From positions 524-64,523 of the forward strand of contig DCJQ01000017.1 in NCBI GenBank assembly GCA_002319965.1: a stretch of DNA of 64,000 nucleotides, in the 5' to 3' direction. This document shows positions 38,067 to 47,458 of this stretch, piece after piece. The notes under the pieces are model-generated. The model saw only the letters and a list, made by a program, of their open reading frames with translations, did no database searches and was not told the origin of the DNA. The translations under genes and the position numbers were made by a program. The stretch is from Megasphaera sp. UBA1696 (lineage in GTDB: Bacteria; Bacillota; Negativicutes; Veillonellales; Megasphaeraceae). How positions within the stretch are numbered: the stretch's first letter is position 1; each line of letters starts with the position of its first letter.

Positions 38067-38579
38067 ATTAGTAAGGAATTACGTATCAACGATCAAATCA
38101 GAGCCCGTGAAGTACGCGTGGTCAGTGATTCTAACGAACAGCTCGGTGTCATGTCTCTTCGTTCTGCCCGTCAGATTGCGGAAGAACGGCGTTTGGACTT
38201 AGTAGAAGTCGCACCGAATGGCAAGCCGCCTGTCTGCCGTATCATGAATTACGGAAAATACCGTTATGAACAGCAGAAGCGTGAAAAGGAAGCTAAGAAA
38301 AAACAGAAGGTCTTGACATTGAAAGAAGTAAAGCTTCGTCCCAATATCGAAGATCATGACTTCTACGTTAAAATGAAAGCTGCGCAGCGTTTCCTGGGTG
38401 AAGGCAGCAAAGTAAAGGTTACCATCATGTTCCGCGGCCGTGAAATGAGCCATCCGGAACTGGGCCGTGATTTGCTGGTTCGATTCGCTGATGAATTGAA
38501 AGACACCGCCCATGTAGAAAAAGAACCTAAAATTGAAGGCAGAAACATGACCATGGTCATTGCTGTCAACAAGAAGTAA
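38067..38579 (+). CDS. infC: Translation initiation factor IF-3 (ATT start)
   Basis: RBS GGAGGTG + ATT in frame; [30 protein letters not shown]. Confidence 0.97.
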   Translation: MSKELRINDQIRAREVRVVSDSNEQLGVMSLRSARQIAEERRLDLVEVAPNGKPPVCRIMNYGKYRYEQQKREKEAKKKQKVLTLKEVKLRPNIEDHDFYVKMKAAQRFLGEGSKVKVTIMFRGREMSHPELGRDLLVRFADELKDTAHVEKEPKIEGRNMTMVIAVNKK

Positions 38580-38595
38580 CAGGAGGACAATTATT

Positions 38596-38793
38596 ATGCC
38601 GAAAATCAAAACCCGCCGTGCCGCGGCAAAACGTTTTAAATCAACTGCTACAGGTAAGATCAAACGCATGAAACCCTACAAGAGCCATATCTTGGAAAGC
38701 AAAACTGCAAAACGGAAACGCAACCTGAGAAAAGCTGCACTCGTATCGCAGTCCATGACCGGCGTCGTTCGCAAGATGTGCCCGTTCATCTAA
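38596..38793 (+). CDS. rpmI: 50S ribosomal protein L35
   Basis: [21 protein letters not shown]. Confidence 0.97.
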   Translation: MPKIKTRRAAAKRFKSTATGKIKRMKPYKSHILESKTAKRKRNLRKAALVSQSMTGVVRKMCPFI

Positions 38794-38838
38794 TTACAGA
38801 CAGTAAATTTTTTGACATAGATTCGGAGGAATAGACTA

Positions 38839-39189
38839 ATGGCAAGAATCAAAGTTGGCGTTACAGCACACGCTCGTCATAAAAAAATCTTAAAAATGGC
38901 TAAGGGCTATCGCGGTACCCGCAGCCGTCTCTTCAAAAAAGCTAACGAAAGCGTCATGAAAGCGCTCTACTACGCTCGTCGTGACCGTCGTGCCAAGAAA
39001 CGCGAATTCCGTAAATTGTGGATCGCTCGTATCAACGCAGCTACCCGTGCAAACGGCCTCAGCTACAGCCGTTTCATCTATGGTCTGACCAAAGCCGGTG
39101 TCATCGTAAACCGTAAAATGTTGGCTGACCTCGCTGTCAATGATGCAGCTGCCTTCACGAAACTCGTAGAAGTTGCCAAAGCTCAGTAA
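38839..39189 (+). CDS. rplT: 50S ribosomal protein L20
   Basis: [32 protein letters not shown]. Confidence 0.98.
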   Translation: MARIKVGVTAHARHKKILKMAKGYRGTRSRLFKKANESVMKALYYARRDRRAKKREFRKLWIARINAATRANGLSYSRFIYGLTKAGVIVNRKMLADLAVNDAAAFTKLVEVAKAQ

Positions 39190-39194
39190 TATCG

Positions 39195-39249
39195 AAAAAA
39201 AGAGGATGACGACAAAGTGGTATCATTTTGTCGTCATCCTCTTTTTTTG
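39195..39249 (+). terminator. Terminator after rplT
   Basis: AAAAAAAGAGGATGACGACAAA...TTTGTCGTCATCCTCTTTTTTT. Confidence 0.9.
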
Positions 39250-39362
39250 CCCTTTTATAGGCGGTCCTGCCGCTGGAGGTAATTTCTGTCGTAAAGTCTG
39301 GCTATCTTGCGGGGAAACAGGTACAATATAGATGAATCTATAAGAAAGCGCAAGGAGGACGT

Positions 39363-39782
39363 ATGATGGAAGATATAAGAACCCTGGCTGTGGCCTATCA
39401 TCAGGCCGGCAATAACTGTGCAGAGACGGTGGTCAAGGTCTGTAATGACAGCCTGGCCCTGCATCTGCCCGATGAAACGCTGCGCATGGTGTCGGTCCTC
39501 GGTGGCGGCGTCGCCGGTTCCGGCTGTCTCTGCGGGGCCTTGAACGGAGCCTGTCTCGTCTTAGGCAGCCTCGTCGGTCGGACGGAGCCCGAGGAAAAGA
39601 CGAAAGCGGAAATGAATCAGCCCGTTCGGGAATTTCAGAAAATTTGGAGTGAACGCTTCAAAGCGACGTGCTGTCGTGTGTTAAAGAGCCCGGCTAATGG
39701 CGGCCCCGTGTCCTGCGAAACCTTGATGGCCGACACGGCGGTCATGGTCGTCGATTTCATTCGCGAGAAGAAACTGGCCTAG
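39363..39782 (+). CDS. C-GCAxxG-C-C family putative redox protein
   Basis: NCAE, GGG..GCLCGALNG, CC and a C-terminal C. Confidence 0.85.
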   Translation: MMEDIRTLAVAYHQAGNNCAETVVKVCNDSLALHLPDETLRMVSVLGGGVAGSGCLCGALNGACLVLGSLVGRTEPEEKTKAEMNQPVREFQKIWSERFKATCCRVLKSPANGGPVSCETLMADTAVMVVDFIREKKLA

Positions 39783-39880
39783 GGCCTTTGATTCGTGTTG
39801 CCGTGGCGCCCGATTCGGATGGACGCCCCGATTTTCTTGACTTTTTTGTGGGATATGGTACAATAAACAAGTCGGGTCAA

Positions 39881-39957
39881 CGGGGCGTAGCGCAGTTTGG
39901 TAGCGCGCTTGGTTCGGGACTAAGAGGTCGCAGGTTCAAATCCTGTCGCCCCGACCA
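39881..39957 (+). tRNA. tRNA-Pro(CGG)
   Basis: CGGGGCGTAGCGCAGTTTGGTAGCGC...TTCGGGA...GGTTCAAATCC...CCGACCA. Confidence 0.96.
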
Positions 39958-40010
39958 TATTTTACATATCCGTATCTATCCCGAAGATACAGCAAAGGAT
40001 ATGTAGACGC

Positions 40011-40102
40011 GGAGAGCTGTCCGAGCGGCTGAAGGAGCATGATTGGAAATCATGTATAGGGCGAACGCTCTATCGTGGGTTCAAATCCCACGCTCTCCGC
40101 CA
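40011..40102 (+). tRNA. tRNA-Ser(GGA)
   Basis: GGAGAGCTGTCCGAGCGG...CATGA-TTGGAAA-TCATG, long variable arm, GGTTCAAATCC, CCA end. Confidence 0.96.
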
Positions 40103-40248
40103 TACGACGCCGTAAGAGACTGTCACATGATTATTCATGAGGCAGTCTTTTTTTGTTGCCTAAAAATGGTAATGTGCCTGAAAACCCTGTTCACAGGCCG
40201 ATTCTTTTATGATAAAATAATGAACCATAACAGAGGGAAAGAAGGCTT

Positions 40249-41172
40249 ATGATGAGTAGAATCAAAAGGGAAGTGGCAGCCTTTATCGCTGACCACCAAA
40301 ACAATCATTTTGTGATGACGCCAGTGACGATGCGGGAAGTATCGCTCAGGAAGGCGCAGGAACAGATGCTGCCGAAAGTGGAAATGGAAGATATCGTCGA
40401 CGGCGTTCTTGATGGGTGCCCGGCCTATCCGGTGCCGGTCCGAGCTTACATTCCCCATACGAGTCGGCCTCTGCCGGTTTTGATCTATTACCATGGCGGC
40501 GGCTTTGTCATCGATACCGTCTCGGTCTATGATCCCGTCTGCCGCCGGATTGCCAAGGCGACGGACCATATCGTCATCTCTCCGGAATATCGCCTGGCCC
40601 CGGAAAATCCCTATCCTGCCGCCTATGACGATGCCTTGGCCGTGGCTCGGCAGTCCCTCTCCTTCTTGGAGGCTAAGGGCATTGCCCATGAAAAGGATGT
40701 GACCTTGTGCGGGGACAGTGCCGGCGGCTGTATGGCCGCCGTTGTCAGCCAAAAATTACAGCACGATACAGACTTTCCCTTGAGCCATCAGATTTTGATC
40801 TACCCCCTCCTTGATTTTACCGGTTCCTTTCCTTCGTGTCAGGAAAACTGCTGCGACGAAACGGGATTTTCTGCAGAGAAAATGAAGTGGTATTTCGACC
40901 AGTTTTTCCGTGGCCGTGACGAAAAAAGGGCTGCATCGCCCCTTTTTGGCGAGTTGACGCCGTCCATGCCGGCGACCTTTGTCATTACGACGTCTTTTTG
41001 TCCCTTTCATGACGAAGGCTTGGACTACATCGGCCGTCTCAGGGCTCTCGGAGTCCGGGCTGAGACCTATAATTACGACAATATGGTTCATTCGTACCTC
41101 AACTTTGAAAAGCTTTGTTTTGAAGAAATCGACGATACCTATAAGCGCATGGCAAAGTTTTTGCATGATTGA
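40249..41172 (+). CDS. Alpha/beta hydrolase, HSL-family esterase
   Basis: YHGGGF, EYRLAPE, GDSAGG, C-terminal His (MVHSY). Confidence 0.92.
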   Translation: MMSRIKREVAAFIADHQNNHFVMTPVTMREVSLRKAQEQMLPKVEMEDIVDGVLDGCPAYPVPVRAYIPHTSRPLPVLIYYHGGGFVIDTVSVYDPVCRRIAKATDHIVISPEYRLAPENPYPAAYDDALAVARQSLSFLEAKGIAHEKDVTLCGDSAGGCMAAVVSQKLQHDTDFPLSHQILIYPLLDFTGSFPSCQENCCDETGFSAEKMKWYFDQFFRGRDEKRAASPLFGELTPSMPATFVITTSFCPFHDEGLDYIGRLRALGVRAETYNYDNMVHSYLNFEKLCFEEIDDTYKRMAKFLHD

Positions 41173-41234
41173 AAGGAATTGCTTATAATAGAAATAAAAA
41201 AGTCTGCTTGTGTATACGGAAAGGATGTGCCAGT

Positions 41235-42509
41235 ATGAAAAAACGCCTTTGCCCTGAATGTGGTAAATGGGTTGAAGTGGATGGGCAATTTTGTCCGTTT
41301 TGTGGGGCAGAACTCCCTAAAATGGACGCTGATGAACCGATTATTGATGAAGAAACGGGGACCGAGACCTTTGATCACGAACGGACAGCCCCGGAAGAAC
41401 CGATTATCGATGAAGAAACGGGAACGGAGACCTTTGATCAGGAACGGGTGGAATCCGTCGAACATCCGGGCGTGACGGATGACGAGGATCTGCCGCCTAT
41501 GGTACCGCCTGCTCGACCGACACCGCCGCCGTTTCAGGAAAAGCCTTTTTATGTTCGCCACGGCAAAGCCCTTGTGGGCGTCATCATTGCCTTAGTAGTG
41601 GTCATAGCCGGGGCCATTGGTATGTACTTTTACGGGGCCCATCAAGATGACTATACGAAAGACGCCGTCGCCCTCTCACAGCAGCTGGCGACAGAAAATG
41701 AGTCGGTCACTGATGCGGCTAAACTCCTCAGCCAGCAGGGCCAGGGGAACGGGTCCGAGTCGCTGATTAAGACGCTGGAAACGAGCCGGTCCAATGTGGA
41801 AAAAATAGCCAAGAATTACAATCCTCAAAAGATTCCCGACCAATATGCCAGCGATGACCAGGCCATCCGCGAAGTCATGCGCAATCAGATGGCTCTCTAC
41901 GATAAGGCCATTGCCATTGCCAAGGCGCCGACCGATGTCGCCGTTAGCGATAAACTGAATGATATGCTCACCCAGTCTCAGAATGCTAAGAAGATCGCTC
42001 GCACCATTCAAATCCCGGGGGCTGACTTTACGGCCGCCGTCGACGACGATGCTGCCGTTTCGTACCTCGAAAAATACGTGGCAAAAGTAAAGAAGGATGA
42101 GGAAGAAAAGAAGGCTAAGGAAAATCCGGACAAGCAGATTCTCTCATCCTACGCCAGCAGTAAGGATTTGTTCAATGGCGATATCAATAAACTCACCGAT
42201 GATATTAACAACTATTTGAAGGATCACAAGGATTTTAAAGAGAGCCGGGAATTTAACAACCGGGCCAATACCTTGTATCTCCAGATTTCTAAGACCCGGA
42301 GTCAGTTGGAAAATGACTCGTCTATCGAAAATACGGCCATGAAGTACAAGCTCGATGCCTTGTTTAAGGCACAGCAGGACCGGCTTCGCGGTCTCTATGA
42401 CGGTGTCAGCTCCAGTCAGAAAGGGGAAGACTACCGTCCGGGCTTCCAGCGCGGTCAAGCGGCAACCGATCGCTATGACAAATTGAACAGCGAGTGGAAC
42501 AGCCTGTAA
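41235..42509 (+). CDS. Zinc-ribbon-domain single-pass membrane protein with helical ectodomain
   Basis: CPECG...FCPFCG, acidic/Pro linker, one TM (ALVGVIIALVVVIAGAIGMYF). Confidence 0.82.
   Translation: MKKRLCPECGKWVEVDGQFCPFCGAELPKMDADEPIIDEETGTETFDHERTAPEEPIIDEETGTETFDQERVESVEHPGVTDDEDLPPMVPPARPTPPPFQEKPFYVRHGKALVGVIIALVVVIAGAIGMYFYGAHQDDYTKDAVALSQQLATENESVTDAAKLLSQQGQGNGSESLIKTLETSRSNVEKIAKNYNPQKIPDQYASDDQAIREVMRNQMALYDKAIAIAKAPTDVAVSDKLNDMLTQSQNAKKIARTIQIPGADFTAAVDDDAAVSYLEKYVAKVKKDEEEKKAKENPDKQILSSYASSKDLFNGDINKLTDDINNYLKDHKDFKESREFNNRANTLYLQISKTRSQLENDSSIENTAMKYKLDALFKAQQDRLRGLYDGVSSSQKGEDYRPGFQRGQAATDRYDKLNSEWNSL
41334..41447 (+). repeat. 63-bp-period intragenic duplication
   Basis: EPIIDEETGTETFD(H/Q)ER encoded twice, at 41334 and 41397. 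Confidence 0.85.
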
Positions 42510-42578
42510 GACCTTTCTCTAGAACCAAAGAGGTTCAGCGTCACGATGATCGCTGAACCTCTTTTTTCGTTTCTTTTG

Positions 42579-44744
42579 TTATTGTTTTACTTTTTTCATC
42601 GACAGTCCGATGCGGCCGCGGTCGGCATCGACACTGATGATTTCGGCATTGACGATGTCGCCGGTGTGGACGATGTCCGTGGGATGACGGAAAGGATGGC
42701 TGCTGAGCTGTGAACGGTGGACCAGGCCCGGCGTCTTGATGCCGAAGTCGACGAAGGCGCCGAAATCGACGACGTTCTGGACCGTGCCGCGGACGACAGT
42801 TCCAACTTTGAGTTCCGAAAGGGACATGACGTGCTGTCGGGTAAGGGGTTTCGGGAATTCGCTGCGGACGTCGCGGCCGGGCTTACGGAGTTCTTCGAGG
42901 ATATCCTTGATGGTCGGCTCGCCGGCGCCGAGGGAGGCCGCCAGCTTCGGGGCGGCGTTGCACTGAATCTTATCCCGCAGGCCGGCCATTTTTTCCGGTT
43001 CCTTCAAATCGTCGCGGGTCAGGCCGTACTGGCCGGCAATTTGAGCTGCCAGGTCATACGATTCGGGATGGACCGACGTATTGTCCAGCGGTTCTTCGCC
43101 GTCTTTGATGCGCAAGAAGCCGGCGCACTGCGTAAAGGTAGCCGGTCCCAGGCGGGGGACGTTCAAGAGTTCCTGACGGTTTTTAAAGGGACCCTTTTCG
43201 TTTCGATAGGTGACGATATTGCCGGCCGTCGAAGCCGTAAGTCCGGCAATATGTTGGAGGAGGGCGGCTGAGGCCGTATTGAGGTCGACGCCGACGTAGT
43301 TGACGACGGACGTGACCGTCTGATCGAGGGCTGTCGTCAAATCTTTTTGGTTGACGTCGTGCTGGTATTGGCCGACGCCGATCGAAGAGGGATCGATCTT
43401 AACCGATTCGGCCAAGGGATCCTGGATGCGGCGGGCGATGGAGACGGCGCCGCGGATGGTGACGTCCAGGTCGGGCAGTTCTTCTCGGGCCAGTTCTGAC
43501 GCCGAGTAGACTGAAGCGCCGGCTTCATTGGTGATGACGTAGCGGCAGCTCAAGTTGTAATTTTCGATGAGCTGGGAGACGAATTGTTCCGTTTCATAAG
43601 AGGCCGTTCCGTTGCCAATCGAAATGAGGGTGACGCCGTGGCGGCGGATCATGTTGGCCAAATCCTTAGCGCTCTTTTTCTTCTGCGCCTCCGAATGGGT
43701 CAGGTAATACGTTCCGTAGTCGAGGACCCGACCGGTGGCACTGATGACCGCGGCCTTGCAGCCCGTGCGATAACCGGGATCGAGGCCCAAGATGATCTGT
43801 CCTTCAAAGGGCGGCTGCAAGAGGAGGTGGCGAAGATTTTCGGCAAAGACGTCGATGGCCTGTTTTTCGGCCTGAGCCGTCAGTTCATTGCGGATTTCCC
43901 GATCCATTTGCGGGAAAATCAACCGCTTATAACTGTCAGAAGCGGCGTTGCGGATGATGTCTTCGTACGGCGAATGGCGCTCAATGACCAATCGGCACAG
44001 CATATCGATGTGCCGGTCGGACGGTTCCTTGAGGGTGACCTTTAATTTCTTTTCATTTTCGCCGCGGTTGATGGCCAAGATGCGATAGCTCGGAAGACGG
44101 GTGATGCGTTCGCTGAAATCGGCATAGGTCAGCATGGGGCCGGCGTCTTTTTCTTCGACTTGGAGGCTGCAGGTTAAGCGGGCCTCCTGCCAGAGGCTGC
44201 GGCGCAGTTTTTGACGAAAGTCAGCTCGTTCGGAGAACCGTTCGGCTAAGATATTGGCCGCTCCTTGGAGGGCGTCTTCGATCGTGGCGACGTCTTCGTT
44301 GAGAAAGGACTTTGCCGCTTCTTCCGGTGACGGGCCCTTTGGATTTTGAGCGGCAAAGAGAAGAGCTAAAGGTTCAAGGCCGGCGTCACAAGCCATGGAT
44401 GCCTTGGTACGCTTCTTCGGTTTATAGGGGAGATAGAGGTCTTCGACTTCTTGGAGCTGACGGGCTTTGTTAAGGGCCATTTCCAGTTCGGCATTCCAGC
44501 AGCCCTGGTCTTCAATCGATTGGCGGACCGTTTCTTTGCGGCTGGCCAGAGCCTGTTCATAAGCGTACTGTTCCTGGATACAGCGCAGTTGGACTTCATC
44601 CAATGTTCCCGTTGCTTCTTTGCGATACCGGGCGATGAAGGGAATCGTATTTCCTTCGTCGAGAAGGGAGAGCGCAGCCTGCACCTGCTGAGGACGAATG
44701 CCGAGGGTACGGGCAATTTTAATAATCATCGTTTCGTCAGTCAT
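42579..44744 (-). CDS. tex: Tex family transcription accessory protein (S1 domain)
   Basis: GNTIPFIARYRKEATG, GLDPGYRTGCK, IGNGTASYET, SIGVGQYQHDV, C-terminal S1. Confidence 0.95.
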   Translation of the reverse strand: MTDETMIIKIARTLGIRPQQVQAALSLLDEGNTIPFIARYRKEATGTLDEVQLRCIQEQYAYEQALASRKETVRQSIEDQGCWNAELEMALNKARQLQEVEDLYLPYKPKKRTKASMACDAGLEPLALLFAAQNPKGPSPEEAAKSFLNEDVATIEDALQGAANILAERFSERADFRQKLRRSLWQEARLTCSLQVEEKDAGPMLTYADFSERITRLPSYRILAINRGENEKKLKVTLKEPSDRHIDMLCRLVIERHSPYEDIIRNAASDSYKRLIFPQMDREIRNELTAQAEKQAIDVFAENLRHLLLQPPFEGQIILGLDPGYRTGCKAAVISATGRVLDYGTYYLTHSEAQKKKSAKDLANMIRRHGVTLISIGNGTASYETEQFVSQLIENYNLSCRYVITNEAGASVYSASELAREELPDLDVTIRGAVSIARRIQDPLAESVKIDPSSIGVGQYQHDVNQKDLTTALDQTVTSVVNYVGVDLNTASAALLQHIAGLTASTAGNIVTYRNEKGPFKNRQELLNVPRLGPATFTQCAGFLRIKDGEEPLDNTSVHPESYDLAAQIAGQYGLTRDDLKEPEKMAGLRDKIQCNAAPKLAASLGAGEPTIKDILEELRKPGRDVRSEFPKPLTRQHVMSLSELKVGTVVRGTVQNVVDFGAFVDFGIKTPGLVHRSQLSSHPFRHPTDIVHTGDIVNAEIISVDADRGRIGLSMKKVKQ

Positions 44745-44939
44745 GAATTCATTCCCTCCATGAAGTATAGTTAAGATTGCTTATTTTGTAAGAGAAACTT
44801 TACATAAGTCATTGAATTTTCTCTTAATAACCGTTACAATATAATATAGGATATTTTATTTTTTTATTCATACAGATAAATGTAGAATAAGGATAGAATG
44901 TCTTATTATACCATACTTTTCAAAGAAAGGGGGATGAAA

Positions 44940-45350
44940 ATGGAAATTGCTGAAGTTTTGCGAAAAAACGGTTATAAAGTCACACCGCAGCGGCTGGCTG
45001 TCTATGATGCGATCATTCACAACCCGATGCATCCCAATGCCGAAGCTATTTACAAAACCTTACAGCCGAACTACCCGTCTATGAGTATGGCCACGGTATA
45101 TAAAACCATGGAAATTTTTGCTAAAATAGGTGTCGTACAAGTCTTGCAATGTGCAGAAGATGCCCATCGTTATGATTATAACACGAACCCTCACGCTCAC
45201 ATTCGCTGTGAGAAGTGCAACCGCGTCATGGATATCGACTTGGATCAGAAGCATCTGAGTCAGTTGGCTGCCGAACAGACTGGTTTTACGGTCAATGGTG
45301 TAAGTGTTTCGTTTGTCGGTGTGTGCCCGAAATGTCGGGAAAAATCGTAA
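44940..45350 (+). CDS. Fur family regulator (PerR-like)
   Basis: TPQRLAV, HPNAE, ATVYKT, HAHIRCEKC, GVCPKC. Confidence 0.9.
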   Translation: MEIAEVLRKNGYKVTPQRLAVYDAIIHNPMHPNAEAIYKTLQPNYPSMSMATVYKTMEIFAKIGVVQVLQCAEDAHRYDYNTNPHAHIRCEKCNRVMDIDLDQKHLSQLAAEQTGFTVNGVSVSFVGVCPKCREKS

Positions 45351-45447
45351 TATGTTGTAACGTCTGTTTTCGCTGCTGTCGCACGAGACCTGTCGGTTTT
45401 GTGCGGCAGTATTTTTATATAGCGCCCAAGGAGGAGAAAGAAAAGTT

Positions 45448-46284
45448 ATGCTGCATATTGGTTGTCATCTGTCGGTGTCACAAGGATTTTTGCATATGGG
45501 TGACGAAGCTTTATCTATAGGAGCCGATACGTTCCAATTTTTTTCGCGCAATCCGCGGGGGAGCCGGGTACGGAAACTTGATATCGACGATATGGAAGCC
45601 TTGAATAAGCTCATGGCAGAACACGATTTTGCTCCCATATTGGCCCATGCGCCCTATACTTTAAACGGCTGCTCCCAAACCGAGAAGACTCGGGAATTTG
45701 CTCGTCAGGCCATGGCCGATGACCTGCGCCGCCTGGAATACCTCGATAACTGCCGTTATAATTTCCATCCCGGCAGCCATGTCGGACAAGGACCGGAAAA
45801 GGGCATCGATCTCATTGCCGACATGCTCAATACCTGCATGTTTCCGGAGCAGAAGACGACGGTTCTCTTAGAAACCATGGCCGGCAAGGGGACGGAAGTC
45901 GGGCGGACCTTTGAAGAATTGGCGTCCATCATCGATAAGGCCGTCATGAATGATAAAATCGGCGTCTGCCTCGATACGTGCCACGTCTTTGACGGCGGCT
46001 ACGACATCGTCCATCAGCTCGATGACGTCCTCTTGACCTTCGATAAGGTCATCGGCCTCGATCGGCTGAAGGCCGTTCACATTAACGACAGTAAGAACGA
46101 ACTGGCCAGCCATAAAGACCGCCACGAGAAAATCGGTGAGGGGCATATCGGTATTGCCGCCTTTGATGCCATCGTCAATCATCCGGCCCTGCGGTCCCTG
46201 CCGTTTTATTTAGAGACGCCCAATGAACTCGACGGTTATGCGCGGGAAATCGCACTGCTTCGCTCCTTACAACGATCGGAATAA
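45448..46284 (+). CDS. nfo: Endonuclease IV
   Basis: [44 protein letters not shown]. Confidence 0.96.
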   Translation: MLHIGCHLSVSQGFLHMGDEALSIGADTFQFFSRNPRGSRVRKLDIDDMEALNKLMAEHDFAPILAHAPYTLNGCSQTEKTREFARQAMADDLRRLEYLDNCRYNFHPGSHVGQGPEKGIDLIADMLNTCMFPEQKTTVLLETMAGKGTEVGRTFEELASIIDKAVMNDKIGVCLDTCHVFDGGYDIVHQLDDVLLTFDKVIGLDRLKAVHINDSKNELASHKDRHEKIGEGHIGIAAFDAIVNHPALRSLPFYLETPNELDGYAREIALLRSLQRSE

Positions 46285-46306
46285 ACGTAGATAAAGGGGA
46301 CTTTTT

Positions 46307-47458
46307 ATGCGTATACTACATACTGCCGACTGGCATTTAGGAAAACTGTTTTATGGCTCGTATCTGACGGAGGAACAGGATTATGTGCTGAAACATCAGC
46401 TTTTGCCCCTCATTAAAGACGAAGGAATCGACGCCGTTGTCCTTTCCGGTGACGTCTATGACCGGAGCCTTCCCCCGACAGAGGCGGTCGCCCTATTCGA
46501 TGAAATGGCGACGAAGATTACGGCCGAGCTGAAGGTGCCGTTTCTCGTCATCAGCGGCAATCATGACAGCGCAGCCCGCCTGTCCTTTGCCAGCCGTCTT
46601 CTGGCCTCCCAGGGCCTTTATATCGCCGGCGAATTAGACCGCCTGACGGACCCCGTGGTGTTAGACGATCAATACGGCCCCGTCGCCTTTTTATTGGCCC
46701 CTTATGCGGAACCGGCCGTCGTCCGCCATTTCTTGGGCGATGACGACCTTCGCAGCCATCAGGAGGCCCTTGGGGCCCTTCTTTCGTGGCAGCAGGAAAA
46801 GATTCCTCACGGAATGCGGACGGTCTGCGCAGCCCATGCTTTTGTAGCCGGCGGCCTTGCCGGCGACTCGGAGCGTCCCTTGTCCATTGGCGGCAGCGAC
46901 CAGGTCGGAAGCGATTTGTTCACCTCCTTTTCCTATACGGCCCTGGGCCATCTTCACGGACCGCAGCAGATTACGGCACCGACGATCCGCTATGCCGGCA
47001 GCCTGCTGAAATATTCCTTTGGCGAAGCCCGGCAGAAAAAAGGCGCCGTCGTCGTCGACCTCGACGGATCCGGCAAGGCTGATCCCGTTTTCCATGAATT
47101 TACGCCCCGTCATGACGTACGCATCGTCAGCGGATCCTTTGAAGACGTCATGGCCGCTTCCGACGACCGGCCTGACGATTTTATCTTAGTACGCCTTTCG
47201 GATCAACAGCCGATTCTCGACGGCATGGCCAAATTGCGGCGTAAGTATCCCAACGCCATGGCCCTTGAAATGCCCAACCGTAATACGGAAGGCGGAGGAC
47301 AGCGGGATTTTAATCTCAGACAATCGACGGGACAAGAACTCTTTGACAGCTTCTCCAAGGCCATGCGGCCCGACCAGCCTTTGACGGAAGCCGAAGAAGA
47401 ATGCGTCCGCCAATTGTGGGAAGAGCTGGAAAAACGTGAACAGGGGGGCTTATCATGA
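46307..47458 (+). CDS. sbcD: Exonuclease SbcD
   Basis: HTADWHLG, GDVYD, SGNHDS, ALGHLH, YAGSLLKYSF. Confidence 0.95.
   Translation: MRILHTADWHLGKLFYGSYLTEEQDYVLKHQLLPLIKDEGIDAVVLSGDVYDRSLPPTEAVALFDEMATKITAELKVPFLVISGNHDSAARLSFASRLLASQGLYIAGELDRLTDPVVLDDQYGPVAFLLAPYAEPAVVRHFLGDDDLRSHQEALGALLSWQQEKIPHGMRTVCAAHAFVAGGLAGDSERPLSIGGSDQVGSDLFTSFSYTALGHLHGPQQITAPTIRYAGSLLKYSFGEARQKKGAVVVDLDGSGKADPVFHEFTPRHDVRIVSGSFEDVMAASDDRPDDFILVRLSDQQPILDGMAKLRRKYPNAMALEMPNRNTEGGGQRDFNLRQSTGQELFDSFSKAMRPDQPLTEAEEECVRQLWEELEKREQGGLS

Noticed and set aside
23563-40102. tRNA-anchored integrative element or prophage at tRNA-Arg, tRNA-Pro or tRNA-Ser
   Set aside because: I noticed no integrase, no duplicated tRNA 3' end and no phage genes.
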